In this document: positions 17,866 through 27,709 of the stretch, piece after piece
Position numbering within the stretch: position 1 is the first letter of the stretch
How the letters are laid out: every line of letters begins with the position of its first letter
Origin: a virus
Lineage: Duplodnaviria; Heunggongvirae; Uroviricota; Caudoviricetes
Strand: one strand, 5' to 3'
DNA length: 64,000 nt
Virus record (IMG/VR): IMGVR_UViG_3300024054_000549
The notes under the pieces: model-generated
Seen by the model: only the letters and a program-made list of their open reading frames with translations
What the model was told of the DNA's origin: nothing
Databases searched by the model: none
Translations under genes and position numbers: made by a program

Positions 17866-19440
17866 TTAAATGCCAAGTTCCTTATACAATTTTTCAATAT
17901 CATTTTCAAATGGATTTTGAGTTTTGAATTCTGAATCAATTTCTTTCAATTTCTTAAAATCATCTTTAATAATATTCTTAATCTCTCGATCAGCAAAGTT
18001 TTCAGCATTTTTTTGTTTATTTAATTCTGTTAACCCAAAGTCATCCGAAATATTCTTCTTTCGACCAGAAGGCTTATAAACACCTATTTCCAATTCTTGA
18101 TCAATTTGACCAGGTTGAACAAGAACTTCATTAAATCTCATATGATCATAATCAATTCCCATTATCCATGTATCTGTTCGACCGTTATATCTATTCTTAG
18201 TTATTTTACATACAATTTCTTTTTTGGCTTTCATTTCTTCATTCTGAAGCAAGAACATCATGAAATCCGCAGTCATTGCTGTTCCCATAGAATCAGAAAC
18301 ATTGGAATTATCAGCATTATCAATATTGTTAGTTGCCCCTCGATTTAACTGGCTTGCTGAAATGATTGGAATGTTTTGTTTCTTTGCAACTGCTCGAACC
18401 TCTTCACCAATAGATTTTACATAACTATATAACCCAGCGCTTGGTGAAACAAGATCAGATTTCATGATTCCGATGTAATCAACGAACACTAAATCAAATA
18501 CAACGTTCTGCTCAATTCTGTAAGTTTCAATTAATTGTTCTAGCATTAACGGACTGAATGAACCGGCTGGATAATCCTTAACATAGAACTTTCCACAAGT
18601 TCCAGACGTTTTAATTCTCTCGTAAGCAGCCAGAATCATTTCTTTAGTTAGTACAGGGCGATCTAATTGAGAAATTTCACCTGGAGTTTTTGACAGATCA
18701 ATTAAACTATTGATGGGGAGATCCATGGCATTAGCATGAACACGCTTCATAATCTCCTTATCAGCCATTTCTAGTGATACTAAAAGAATGTTCTTATTCT
18801 GTTTAAAGATTCCACTGATTAAATCAGTCATTAGTAGTGATTTACCAACACCCTGAGCGGCTAGAATTATATTCAAAGTTCCTGGTAAAAATCCAGGACC
18901 AAGACGTTTATTGAGTTCTTTATGTTGTGTTCTAATGCCAAGCATTCTGGCACTATAGTACTCAATCATCGTCTCGATATCATCGAAATCTAGTCCAAGA
19001 TCAGCATCGATAGAAACCTTCGCCCGCTCATCCATAAGCTCCTGAGCTTTTAGCTTAAGTTTATCATCTTTTCGCATTAACCCATCTGAACCAACTTGGA
19101 GTGCTTCCAAATACAGAGAATCTTTTACCCATGTTATAGTTTCATCACACAAGAATTGAATGGAACTTACTTCATCAGTTTTTGATATAACTTGAAGCGC
19201 TTTGATTATTTCATTTCTAATATCTGCGTTACTGACATTTTTAACCTGAGCTACTAATTCAGTTAGTTCTGGGCGATTTTTATATTTCCCGTAGTACTCT
19301 TTGATTAAACCAAATAATTCTTGGTTACCAATATTCATAAAGTACTTCTTCTTCAGAATGGGCATAACCTTTCCGAAGAACTCACCGTTCAGTACTAATT
19401 TTTTTAACAAAATATATTCGAACTGTTCAAACTCTTGCAT
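17866..19440 (-). CDS. 41: replicative DNA helicase (DnaB-like), T4 gp41 homolog
   Basis: Walker A QGVGKS, SLEMA, VDYIGI ~ T4 gp41 GVNVGKS, SMEMA, VDYLGI. Confidence 0.9.
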   Translation of the reverse strand: MQEFEQFEYILLKKLVLNGEFFGKVMPILKKKYFMNIGNQELFGLIKEYYGKYKNRPELTELVAQVKNVSNADIRNEIIKALQVISKTDEVSSIQFLCDETITWVKDSLYLEALQVGSDGLMRKDDKLKLKAQELMDERAKVSIDADLGLDFDDIETMIEYYSARMLGIRTQHKELNKRLGPGFLPGTLNIILAAQGVGKSLLMTDLISGIFKQNKNILLVSLEMADKEIMKRVHANAMDLPINSLIDLSKTPGEISQLDRPVLTKEMILAAYERIKTSGTCGKFYVKDYPAGSFSPLMLEQLIETYRIEQNVVFDLVFVDYIGIMKSDLVSPSAGLYSYVKSIGEEVRAVAKKQNIPIISASQLNRGATNNIDNADNSNVSDSMGTAMTADFMMFLLQNEEMKAKKEIVCKITKNRYNGRTDTWIMGIDYDHMRFNEVLVQPGQIDQELEIGVYKPSGRKKNISDDFGLTELNKQKNAENFADREIKNIIKDDFKKLKEIDSEFKTQNPFENDIEKLYKELGI

Positions 19441-19526
19441 ACAATTTCCTAAAAAATTAATTCTATACCGCGACTGATTAAATCTAAATCACTAATGACG
19501 AATAATTCCAGCAATAACCCAAAAAT

Positions 19527-19889
19527 TCATTTCAATCTTAAAATTCTAATTAGCCATATTATTGAAAATGCAACAATTCCATATTGAACATTTGAACTCA
19601 ATTCAGAATACATCGTAATTCCTGGAGGAATAGATTCTACGATATAGAATACTAACCATAACTGAAGAATCAATGGCAAAATAATGACGAAATTAAATAT
19701 AACAAATGCAGGTACTTTCTTTAATGGTTCATCGAATAAATCTAACCCTAAACTAGCAATTAAAAAAGCAAAAACAGTAATTTCGAAATATAAAGCGTAC
19801 TTAGCAAATTCAAACGCAGAAATTAAATTACTTCCAAATGAAGAATTTTCCCAAAAGAATCCTAATATAAATGCAACAGCGATAATCAT
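19527..19889 (-). CDS. hypothetical integral membrane protein
   Basis: hydrophobic throughout. Confidence 0.45.
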   Translation of the reverse strand: MIIAVAFILGFFWENSSFGSNLISAFEFAKYALYFEITVFAFLIASLGLDLFDEPLKKVPAFVIFNFVIILPLILQLWLVFYIVESIPPGITMYSELSSNVQYGIVAFSIIWLIRILRLK

Positions 19890-20854
19890 TTAAAATCTTT
19901 CAAAGTATTAATTATTTTCTTAACTTCATCCATAAGTTTTTGCATTGAAACATTATTTATTTTATAAGTAAATGCATTCATATGTCCTATAGATTCAGTA
20001 CCAGTTAATTCAAGTCTTAGACTATTTTTCTGCTCTGGTGTATACGCTGAAGATTCTTTAATTCTAATCCTAACGATTCCACTAGGTGTAATACCAATAA
20101 CAACATCTTGCCCTTTTTTCATTTCTGAAATTAAGATTTGATTGAACCAATTCTGAACAAAAGCAACGGTGATATTGTCGAATCTGTGAATTAAATTTCT
20201 TCGCTCAAAATCAGCAATTTCACTATTATATTTTAATTTAATTTCATTAATCTTATCAGAATAATCCTCTGGAAGTTCAAAATTTCGTTGATAAATCTCA
20301 TCAATAAGACTATCTAAATTATTGTACTGAACCTTCAGCCAAAAGTACTCATTCAAATCTTGTGAATCATCGAAATTTTTATTCTCAGTCTGCCACAGAT
20401 CATAAACATCAATCAGATATGTTAATTCATCTAAGTTCTTATTTTTACCGGTATTTCCAAAGTACTCATTACAAAGTTTTGCACCAGATTTAGATTTATC
20501 GTGCAGTACTTTCATATTCTTGAATTCATCCCAGAAATTATCTGGATATAAATGATGATCTATGAGAGTGCATTTACCTATAGTATTAAGTTCAATTAGA
20601 GAATCTTTTGAATCAGAAAACGAAACATCAGCAATAAGAATATGAATATTCTCATAATCCTTACAATATTCTTTAATTTCTTGAACGATTTCCTTTATAT
20701 TAGCATAATTAGTGTAGAAATATTTCTTCTTGATACTCGGAAATTTATATTCTACATTTAGAGCACATCCAAGTGCATCTAAATCATTATGCGTAAGAAC
20801 AATCAGTTCGTTTAAATTATTTCTTTGATTCATATTCTTCGTACATTTTAACAA
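19886..20854 (-). CDS. DHH-family phosphoesterase (RecJ/NrnA-like)
   Basis: motifs THNDLDALG and IDHH. Confidence 0.6.
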   Translation of the reverse strand: MLKCTKNMNQRNNLNELIVLTHNDLDALGCALNVEYKFPSIKKKYFYTNYANIKEIVQEIKEYCKDYENIHILIADVSFSDSKDSLIELNTIGKCTLIDHHLYPDNFWDEFKNMKVLHDKSKSGAKLCNEYFGNTGKNKNLDELTYLIDVYDLWQTENKNFDDSQDLNEYFWLKVQYNNLDSLIDEIYQRNFELPEDYSDKINEIKLKYNSEIADFERRNLIHRFDNITVAFVQNWFNQILISEMKKGQDVVIGITPSGIVRIRIKESSAYTPEQKNSLRLELTGTESIGHMNAFTYKINNVSMQKLMDEVKKIINTLKDFK

Positions 20855-21194
20855 TTCGATTCAATTCTGTTCTATCCATTAATTCACAATATTCTTTGGC
20901 TTTTTGAATTGATATCTTAAAGAAATCAGAAATGTAACCAATCATTTTTTCTTCGTTCTCTGATTCTGCTTTTGGATAAGGGATATATTTTACCTTCCCT
21001 GCGAATGATTTCTTAATCAAAAAGTACTGATTCTCAACTGGGATATCAAAATACATATTTATGAGATTCGCAGCACCAATAGTATAAGGATTTCCAGATA
21101 GCCATTTACAGAATATAAAAGATGGTATTTTTTGAATTTCTTCTAATTCTGGTGTTTTCTTTAGATCTAACGCTGACGTTATAATTTTGAACAT
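20817..21194 (-). CDS. hypothetical protein (possibly clamp-loader small subunit-like)
   Basis: ORF immediately downstream of pol C-part; weak resemblance only. Confidence 0.3.
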   Translation of the reverse strand: MFKIITSALDLKKTPELEEIQKIPSFIFCKWLSGNPYTIGAANLINMYFDIPVENQYFLIKKSFAGKVKYIPYPKAESENEEKMIGYISDFFKISIQKAKEYCELMDRTELNRIVKMYEEYESKK

Positions 21195-22312
21195 TACCAG
21201 TCCTCTAACTTTTCAGTTTCTTTATATAGATCATAACCCAATGGCTCAACCATCAGTTCTAGAGGTTTAAGAAAATTCTTGACGAATTGTTCATCGTAAT
21301 TAACCAAATCTCCTATCTCTGAAATGAAGTTATCATTAGTATAAGCGATAATTTCTGTATCGAATTTGTTAGGTTCAACTAGAAAAAGTCGTTTGCATTT
21401 ATCACCAGCTTGAATCGGGGCGTATTTATTTTCAATTGAATTCTTTTTGATGTACAAATTATGTTTAATGGCAGCCCTTGAGCCAAATGGAACACCTTTA
21501 TCAGAAAGATCGTAATCAATTCTAGATACTGCTCCAACTGAAGCTATGTCGTTTAAATCAGAATTCTTAAATTCTGATTTGATTTTTCCAATCCAATCTT
21601 TAAGATTACTTTCATTACCGTCGAGAATAATTGGAATAGATTCTTTAAGATATTTTTTAGACCATTTCGGTGTTGAACTTTTAATGATTTCTAAACCTGT
21701 GACCTTGATTTTCGGCTCAGAATCAGCATAACGAGTTCCCTCATTATCCCTTAGTCTAATATAGTATTTTTTCTTAGCTGTAAATACCCCAACATCGGCA
21801 ATAGCTTCTCGTTCTACACCAATTTTATCTTTGTTATAAGCGTTTAATTCAGATGCAAAGTCATCGATAGTTTTTTTGATAACTGGTTGAATGATTTTTT
21901 TCTCAAATGCATCAGCCCAATCGACATATTCATTTATACTTAAGTTTGGGTTATTTACCTTGAACCTTTCCATAAATGGGTTAATTGTATAATAAACGGA
22001 ATCAGTATCTCCACTTACGATGTACGTTCCATCTATTTTGAGCAGATTTTGGAGCGTACTCTCAATATTGTTAGCTAATTTTCGAATAAAGTACCGACCA
22101 TTACCTGTAATAGCGGCAGCCATATCTTCGTTGAATAATGAGAACCATCTATTCGCCATAGCGCCATACAGAGAGTTCATAATGGTCTTTAGAGCTAACT
22201 GATTCGTTTTATACAGCGACTCCTTAGATTCTGCTTCAGCGTACAATTTCTTAAGTTCAGAATCTGATAATTCCCTGAGTTCAGATTCAGTGTATTCAAG
22301 AACGTCATTCAT
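21194..22312 (-). CDS. 43: DNA polymerase (family B) C-terminal part, gp43B (motifs B and C)
   Basis: NSLYGAMAN (KxxxNSxYG) and VSGDTDSVYY (DTDS); N-terminus aligns to T4 gp43 residues just after its motif A region. Confidence 0.9.
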   Translation of the reverse strand: MNDVLEYTESELRELSDSELKKLYAEAESKESLYKTNQLALKTIMNSLYGAMANRWFSLFNEDMAAAITGNGRYFIRKLANNIESTLQNLLKIDGTYIVSGDTDSVYYTINPFMERFKVNNPNLSINEYVDWADAFEKKIIQPVIKKTIDDFASELNAYNKDKIGVEREAIADVGVFTAKKKYYIRLRDNEGTRYADSEPKIKVTGLEIIKSSTPKWSKKYLKESIPIILDGNESNLKDWIGKIKSEFKNSDLNDIASVGAVSRIDYDLSDKGVPFGSRAAIKHNLYIKKNSIENKYAPIQAGDKCKRLFLVEPNKFDTEIIAYTNDNFISEIGDLVNYDEQFVKNFLKPLELMVEPLGYDLYKETEKLEDW

Positions 22313-22520
22313 TTAGTAACCCAATCGTTCGGACAATTCTATTGATGTATTCAAGTTGTTTCATTTTTCGCTCGGCCCTTGAGTATTTAGAATAACATTC
22401 TATACAAAAGTATGTTAATCTTTTCGATCGCGCGTGAAAAGAAAACTCAGTTTCCTTTTTGTTCTCATAACAGCATTGACAAAATTTTAATTTGTCACTT
22501 GTTCCTCTAGCTATTTTCAT
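22305..22520 (-). CDS. small CxxC..CxxC zinc-ribbon-like protein inserted at the polymerase split
   Basis: FCQCCYEN....FCIECYSKY; start overlaps stop of 43A (ATGA), end overlaps start of 43B. Confidence 0.45.
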   Translation of the reverse strand: MKIARGTSDKLKFCQCCYENKKETEFSFHARSKRLTYFCIECYSKYSRAERKMKQLEYINRIVRTIGLLNE

Positions 22521-24106
22521 TGTTTTCTTTCATTTAGAATAGAACCAATAAGAACTTTTCGTTTTTCATAATCGAACATAATCTTTTTCGATTTTTTACG
22601 ATCGTCATAAATTTCTTGAACCATTTCAGGAATCATACCAAGTTTATCTTTAGAAAAAACAGCACCATTAATACCTAATGAATAGTTGTATTTCTTTATA
22701 AGCTCAGTTACTGCTCCAAAGATATTCTGATCCAATTCTAATCTGGCACCCTCGTCTTGATCATTAAAATATGACAAGATAAGATCCCGCAAATCGCTCG
22801 GAAGCTTATACTTAGGGACAAAAGTCTCAGGACTCATATTAAATCCGACCATACCCAATAATGGGTACATGGAATTAACGTCACCAGAAAGAATCCATTT
22901 GTGTCTACCTTTAACTGGATCCCTAACATAACCGCCCACAACAGATGGTTGAGAATTATCTGACCTAGGAGGCATAACCCGTTTATTCAGCATGGATTTA
23001 TTCATGATGTACTGACTCCATGGTTTAACTGTTCCCATGGCATCGCTAATCTGAACGCCCATTTTTTCGGCAATCATATTCATAAGAACAGTAAGATTCT
23101 TAGAATCATCAATTTTCTTAATAAGATATGTATCTTTTACACCATAATAAACAAAGTCAGAGTGAGCTAATTCCTTTACCTCTTCATTTAGTGAATTAAT
23201 TGCAGCGTTATAAATTTTTGAAGATTTTTGTTCATCAGTTGGATTGTTCGGTACAATATATTTTCCAGTATAGAAATCATCAAAACTTGCATATTCTGTA
23301 TGCTGTACCTTATTTTCCTTTAACTCGATTTCAGCAATAGTATCCAAAGAATATGATGGCCTAGGGTCAAGAACGAATTTTTTATACACAATCATTAAAT
23401 CGGTATAAAAATGACCATCAGCATTGAAATTAAATTCTATTTTACCGTCCTGAACAGCTTCAGAATATGAAACATTCCCATAATTCGATAAATCGTTAAC
23501 ATTCATTCCCAAATTTTTAATTCGATTGTAAATGAATGGGAAGTCGAATCCAGCACCGTTCCAAGCGTAAATGATCAATGGATCTAATTTTTTAAAGAAT
23601 GAAATGTAAGTTTTGAGTAACTGAACTTCATCCTTGCAATTGATGTACTCAATCTCGTAAGGGAACTCATAATCACTCTGATGTTTCCAATCTTTCAATC
23701 CTAATGCGAACATTTTGTTCTCTTTAGAATCGAAAAATTGCATTAGAGTAATCTGTTGATCGGCTTTCTCGGGCAATGGAAAACCATTTTTAGATCGTGT
23801 TTCAATATCTAGGTACCAGATTCTTGGTGAAGAATTGTAAGCATTCTTATTCCAATAATTATCACGGATATTTCTATAAATTGGATCGAGGAATCCGTAA
23901 GAATCTCTTCCCTCTTTAGCATTACCTTGTTTTTTATCTAAAGTAATATCTTCATCAAGGATGAATTTATAAAGACCCCTCGAGCTTGGCTCGTACCATT
24001 CATACGGTAACGTTATTTCTGATTTAACAGATTTTTTAAGTTCAGTGTCGTAATATCTCTCGAAAAATGAGAATTTGTTCTTATATGCTGACTCGAATAA
24101 TTTCAT
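22517..24106 (-). CDS. 43: DNA polymerase (family B) N-terminal part, gp43A (3'-5' exonuclease domain + motif A)
   Basis: YAWNGAGFDFPFIYNRI ~ T4 gp43 FTGWNIEGFDVPYIMNRV (Exo II); SGDVNSMYPLLG ~ SFDLTSLYPSII (motif A). Confidence 0.9.
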   Translation of the reverse strand: MKLFESAYKNKFSFFERYYDTELKKSVKSEITLPYEWYEPSSRGLYKFILDEDITLDKKQGNAKEGRDSYGFLDPIYRNIRDNYWNKNAYNSSPRIWYLDIETRSKNGFPLPEKADQQITLMQFFDSKENKMFALGLKDWKHQSDYEFPYEIEYINCKDEVQLLKTYISFFKKLDPLIIYAWNGAGFDFPFIYNRIKNLGMNVNDLSNYGNVSYSEAVQDGKIEFNFNADGHFYTDLMIVYKKFVLDPRPSYSLDTIAEIELKENKVQHTEYASFDDFYTGKYIVPNNPTDEQKSSKIYNAAINSLNEEVKELAHSDFVYYGVKDTYLIKKIDDSKNLTVLMNMIAEKMGVQISDAMGTVKPWSQYIMNKSMLNKRVMPPRSDNSQPSVVGGYVRDPVKGRHKWILSGDVNSMYPLLGMVGFNMSPETFVPKYKLPSDLRDLILSYFNDQDEGARLELDQNIFGAVTELIKKYNYSLGINGAVFSKDKLGMIPEMVQEIYDDRKKSKKIMFDYEKRKVLIGSILNERKQ

Positions 24107-24127
24107 CGATTGACTCCAAAAATGATA

Positions 24128-25312
24128 TTATAAAGCAATTTTCTTTCGAGATACAGCTTTTATTACCTTAGAAATACCATCTTCAAGCAAATATGTTGCT
24201 AAGGAATTATCAATTCTCTTATTCAATTGTTTGGAAATTTCAGAGCCAAGAATTGATGGAAGAATTTCATGGGATGTAAAAATCTTATTGAAGTATTCCT
24301 TGTTTAAATTATGCGATTCCCAAATCCTTAAAGCTTCTTTTTTATCTAAATGTCTAAGCTCAAGAATATCAAATAGTCTTCCTTTTCTGAGTAATGCTGT
24401 GTCGATATTCTCATATGATTGGTTAGTTGTAATGATGAATTTCGTTCGGTATTTTTCAACACCATCTGTAAAACTAAGAAATTGATTAAGAAATAAATTC
24501 TTTTTAATATCTTCATGTGAAGAAACTTCAGAATCGCGCTTAGTTAACATATAATCAAGATCATCAATTATAACAAGATCATCTTGACTTGATTCCAAAT
24601 TTCGCCAGAACTTATCTTCAGAAAGAACATCAACACTTTTAACATAAACAATACTTAAGTACTGATTCTCAAGAGAAGGATTATCAATCCTTTTATCATA
24701 AGGAAGTTTATCAGTATTGCTATAAGCATGTTTGATGGCTAAAGATGCCATTTTTGATTTACCAAGACCAGGTTCTCCAACTAAGAGTAAAATATTTTCA
24801 TTGCCAGTAAAGAATTGATCGAACATCACATCAGTATTGATGTAAGGATAATACAATTCAGAAATGTACTCAAAGTCTTCGTACTTAATATTTTTAATTC
24901 GTTCAACTAATTTTCCATTATCCATGTAAAATGTTTTTACAAAGATATCAGCTTGAGTATCTTCTGTTTTGTACCGTTTGTAAATTTTCCATAATTTTTC
25001 AGCATATTCTTCTGAAACAGCATATGGAGTAACAAAAATTTCAATCGAATTACCAACGGCATAAAGTTTATAAAACTCTGAAGTGTACCTAATAAGAAAA
25101 TTATTCTTACTGTCAGAAAAGTCATATTCCGTTAGAACACAAAGTTCAGCATTGACATCAGAAATGAATTTCTTGAAATTGTTGTATTTAAGTGAAAAAT
25201 TAGGAAATGAGCATACATACCCAGATTTAGTATCAGAATAAGCACTTAAAGCTTCTTCAAAAGAAAAATCTTCGACAGAATGATTGATATTTAGGATTAA
25301 GTCTTTTTGCAT
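24128..25312 (-). CDS. AAA-family ATPase
   Basis: Walker A GEPGLGKS, Walker B LVIIDDLD, SRH-like LLRKGRLFD. Confidence 0.65.
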   Translation of the reverse strand: MQKDLILNINHSVEDFSFEEALSAYSDTKSGYVCSFPNFSLKYNNFKKFISDVNAELCVLTEYDFSDSKNNFLIRYTSEFYKLYAVGNSIEIFVTPYAVSEEYAEKLWKIYKRYKTEDTQADIFVKTFYMDNGKLVERIKNIKYEDFEYISELYYPYINTDVMFDQFFTGNENILLLVGEPGLGKSKMASLAIKHAYSNTDKLPYDKRIDNPSLENQYLSIVYVKSVDVLSEDKFWRNLESSQDDLVIIDDLDYMLTKRDSEVSSHEDIKKNLFLNQFLSFTDGVEKYRTKFIITTNQSYENIDTALLRKGRLFDILELRHLDKKEALRIWESHNLNKEYFNKIFTSHEILPSILGSEISKQLNKRIDNSLATYLLEDGISKVIKAVSRKKIAL

Positions 25313-25314
25313 GA

Positions 25315-26250
25315 TTATTTAAGTTTTAACCGCATTAATTCTGTACAACATGCTGCAAGATTAAGATTTTTATCTCTCACTGAATCAGACATGTGTTGAT
25401 ATTTAGCTGCTATAATAACAACATCTGGATAAGAATTCTGTGGAAAATATTTTGACGCATTTCCATAGATATAAGAGAACATATTATCTGGGCTATTAAG
25501 TTTATTGATCTGAACGATCATTTCGGTGAATGTACTAGGAGAAACAAGTTCCATGATTTTTCCAAATACATTGATATCGTCAAGTTCATGTTCACTAACT
25601 GAAAATACTCCATCTTTCGAGTACTTCTGCAATGCTCCAACCATACTACGGATTCGTGGGTAATATGTATTGATTACCGGAATCAGAGCCTTAGGATCGT
25701 ATTGAATTTTTTCATTATCGAGAATGAATCTTAGTCGCTCGAATATCGGTTTAATCATTTCCGATTTATCGAATGAATTGAAATCATGAACCTCAAGACG
25801 ATCTAACAAAGGCTGAATGATTTTTTCTTTATAATTCCCAGTAAAAATGAATCGACAGTTCTCACTGAATTCATCAATAAATCCTCGAAATGCCGCCTGA
25901 CCATCTTTACTGAAATGATCAAATTCATCCATGACAACGATTTTTATGTTATCATCGAAGCTTGTTTGCGATGCGAATTTACTAACCTTCCCGCGGAGAA
26001 CGTCGATACCTTTCTCCATCGAAGCATTTATCCAAAGAGCCTCGCCGTTGATTTCCTTAATGATCGCATGAGCCGTCGAGCTTTTACCCGTGCCAGGATT
26101 AGATGAAAATAAACCGATGTTAGGAATATCTTGAGTTTTAACATAATTCAATAACTTTTCTTTAATTTGTTGTGGAATAATCAAATCTTCGATACAGCTT
26201 GGTTTGTATCGTTCATAAAATACACTCTTCGATAGGTCGAACTTTTTCAT
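25315..26250 (-). CDS. 44: clamp loader large subunit, T4 gp44 homolog
   Basis: YKPSCIEDLI..SNPGTGKSS..FDDNIKIVVMDEFD ~ T4 gp44 YRPSTIDECI..SPGTGKTT..FDGRQKVIVIDEFD. Confidence 0.85.
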   Translation of the reverse strand: MKKFDLSKSVFYERYKPSCIEDLIIPQQIKEKLLNYVKTQDIPNIGLFSSNPGTGKSSTAHAIIKEINGEALWINASMEKGIDVLRGKVSKFASQTSFDDNIKIVVMDEFDHFSKDGQAAFRGFIDEFSENCRFIFTGNYKEKIIQPLLDRLEVHDFNSFDKSEMIKPIFERLRFILDNEKIQYDPKALIPVINTYYPRIRSMVGALQKYSKDGVFSVSEHELDDINVFGKIMELVSPSTFTEMIVQINKLNSPDNMFSYIYGNASKYFPQNSYPDVVIIAAKYQHMSDSVRDKNLNLAACCTELMRLKLK

Positions 26251-26262
26251 AATTTCTTTCAG

Positions 26263-26673
26263 TTATTTCAAAAAACTTTCTTTTGTGAAGAATTCTAAAT
26301 TCTCTTTTAAGAAGTACTGATTACCTGGATTTCCCTGTTTCTCATCACAGATCAGTTTATCGGAGTCTGGTAATTTACCGTATCTGACAAAAGATCCATC
26401 AACATTTAGACCTTTACGGAACTCAATGATGTTAAATGCTTTTTCGAGACATTCCTCTGCATTCATATTAACTGTTTTAGCTAAGTTAATCAATGTAACG
26501 ATTGTATCTCCAATGGCATCAGATACCTCGTGCATATCATCGTCGTTAAATGCATCATGAATTTCAACAACTTCTTGGAGAACTCGTTGATACTGCCTTT
26601 GGAACGATGCCGTTTCTAATCCCCTGACAAGTCCCCAATTTCTAACATTTTCGAATTTTTCAATTACAGTCAT
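26263..26673 (-). CDS. MazG-like nucleotide pyrophosphohydrolase
   Basis: EVVEIHDAF...DAIGDTIVTLINLA pattern typical of MazG/HisE all-alpha NTP-PPase. Confidence 0.55.
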   Translation of the reverse strand: MTVIEKFENVRNWGLVRGLETASFQRQYQRVLQEVVEIHDAFNDDDMHEVSDAIGDTIVTLINLAKTVNMNAEECLEKAFNIIEFRKGLNVDGSFVRYGKLPDSDKLICDEKQGNPGNQYFLKENLEFFTKESFLK

Positions 26674-26682
26674 TATATATCC

Positions 26683-26940
26683 TTATGATTTAAAGCGATT
26701 ATGCGAACACATTGATTCTAACATTTGTTTTTTGCGCTCGATTCTTCCATATTGTTTAATTCCAAATTCTTCGAGTGTTTGTCTTTGGACTGCATCTAGC
26801 TTATATTCATTCATAAGCTCGATAGATTTTTCGGCTGCAATTTTCAGTTCCTTAAAATCTGTAGCATTAGCTAACATTTCTTTGATAATGTAATATCCAG
26901 AATTCCGTGAATTTTTAAGCTGACTCATGATGTTCTCCAA
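26683..26940 (-). CDS. hypothetical protein
   Basis: ORF with GGAG RBS. Confidence 0.4.
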   Translation of the reverse strand: MENIMSQLKNSRNSGYYIIKEMLANATDFKELKIAAEKSIELMNEYKLDAVQRQTLEEFGIKQYGRIERKKQMLESMCSHNRFKS

Positions 26941-26973
26941 AAACCAAAAAGGTGAACCGAATTACCGATTCAC
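26940..26973 (-). terminator. rho-independent terminator
   Basis: ggtgaaccg/cgattcacc hairpin; minus-strand reading followed by TTTTTGGTTTTT. Confidence 0.55.
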
Positions 26974-27008
26974 CTGTATTATATCAAAAGAGCCTTAATT
27001 TGTACAGT

Positions 27009-27338
27009 CTATCCTAAATTAATTTCCTTGTTTAACGCTATTTTTTTCTTTCCATTTTTTTCCATGAATTCAGCGAACCTTGCTAACGCTGCGATTTTAG
27101 TTTCGAGAGTACCTTTATAAACGATATGTTCAATGTCTTTATAGTTCTTGTCATCGATTTTTTTTAAAAGATTCTCAAAATCTCGTTTAATCGCTATTCT
27201 TAATGATTCTTCAGTCCAAGTACCAAAACCACCTGATGGTCTAATTTGAAATCCATCTGGTGTATTAATTAGAATGGCTTCATTTACTTCAACATTCTGG
27301 TCATTCGACGAATTTGTTAAAAAATTCTTAAATTTCAT
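27009..27338 (-). CDS. hypothetical protein (MKFKNFL.. family)
   Basis: ORF. Confidence 0.4.
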   Translation of the reverse strand: MKFKNFLTNSSNDQNVEVNEAILINTPDGFQIRPSGGFGTWTEESLRIAIKRDFENLLKKIDDKNYKDIEHIVYKGTLETKIAALARFAEFMEKNGKKKIALNKEINLG

Positions 27339-27709
27339 TTTTGTTCTTTCAAAAATGTTTTAAATGATTCAATATTTAAATTCTCTTTAAGTTTTACTTT
27401 CTTAGATGAACTCTTTTTATCATCTTTATCATCTTGATCGTTTAACTCTTTTACCTCTTTTACCTCTTCTGTATCTCCAACTTCAGCATCAGCGACATCG
27501 GGAATATATTTTTGAATGAATTCTCCAATCATTCCCGTTAATTCATTAATTTTTGTTTCTAATTCTTGTACTTCTTTTTTAGCAGGATTATTAGGACTCA
27601 TCACAGATAACATTTCTATGAATGTTAATTCAGCTAAACTTGTATGAATACTCTTAGCTATGGCTAAAGCTTGATATTTCATTTCACTCTCAAAAATGTT
27701 CTGATTCAT
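27335..27709 (-). CDS. hypothetical acidic protein
   Basis: ORF. Confidence 0.4.
   Translation of the reverse strand: MNQNIFESEMKYQALAIAKSIHTSLAELTFIEMLSVMSPNNPAKKEVQELETKINELTGMIGEFIQKYIPDVADAEVGDTEEVKEVKELNDQDDKDDKKSSSKKVKLKENLNIESFKTFLKEQK

Noticed and set aside
17470-17870. GC-rich block as contaminating host DNA or a prophage attachment fragment
   Set aside because: It is a complete tmRNA (both 5' and 3' ends present) flanked within 10 nt by phage gp41 and by phage genes on the other side; not a 3' ssrA fragment as left by integrases.
17570-17927. Track ORFs 17570..17869(+), 17675..17857(-), 17718..17927(+)
   Set aside because: They lie inside the tmRNA gene; they are GC-rich frame artefacts with no RBS.
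21546-22202. Plus-strand ORFs 21546..21731 and 22020..22202
   Set aside because: Antisense inside polymerase C-part.
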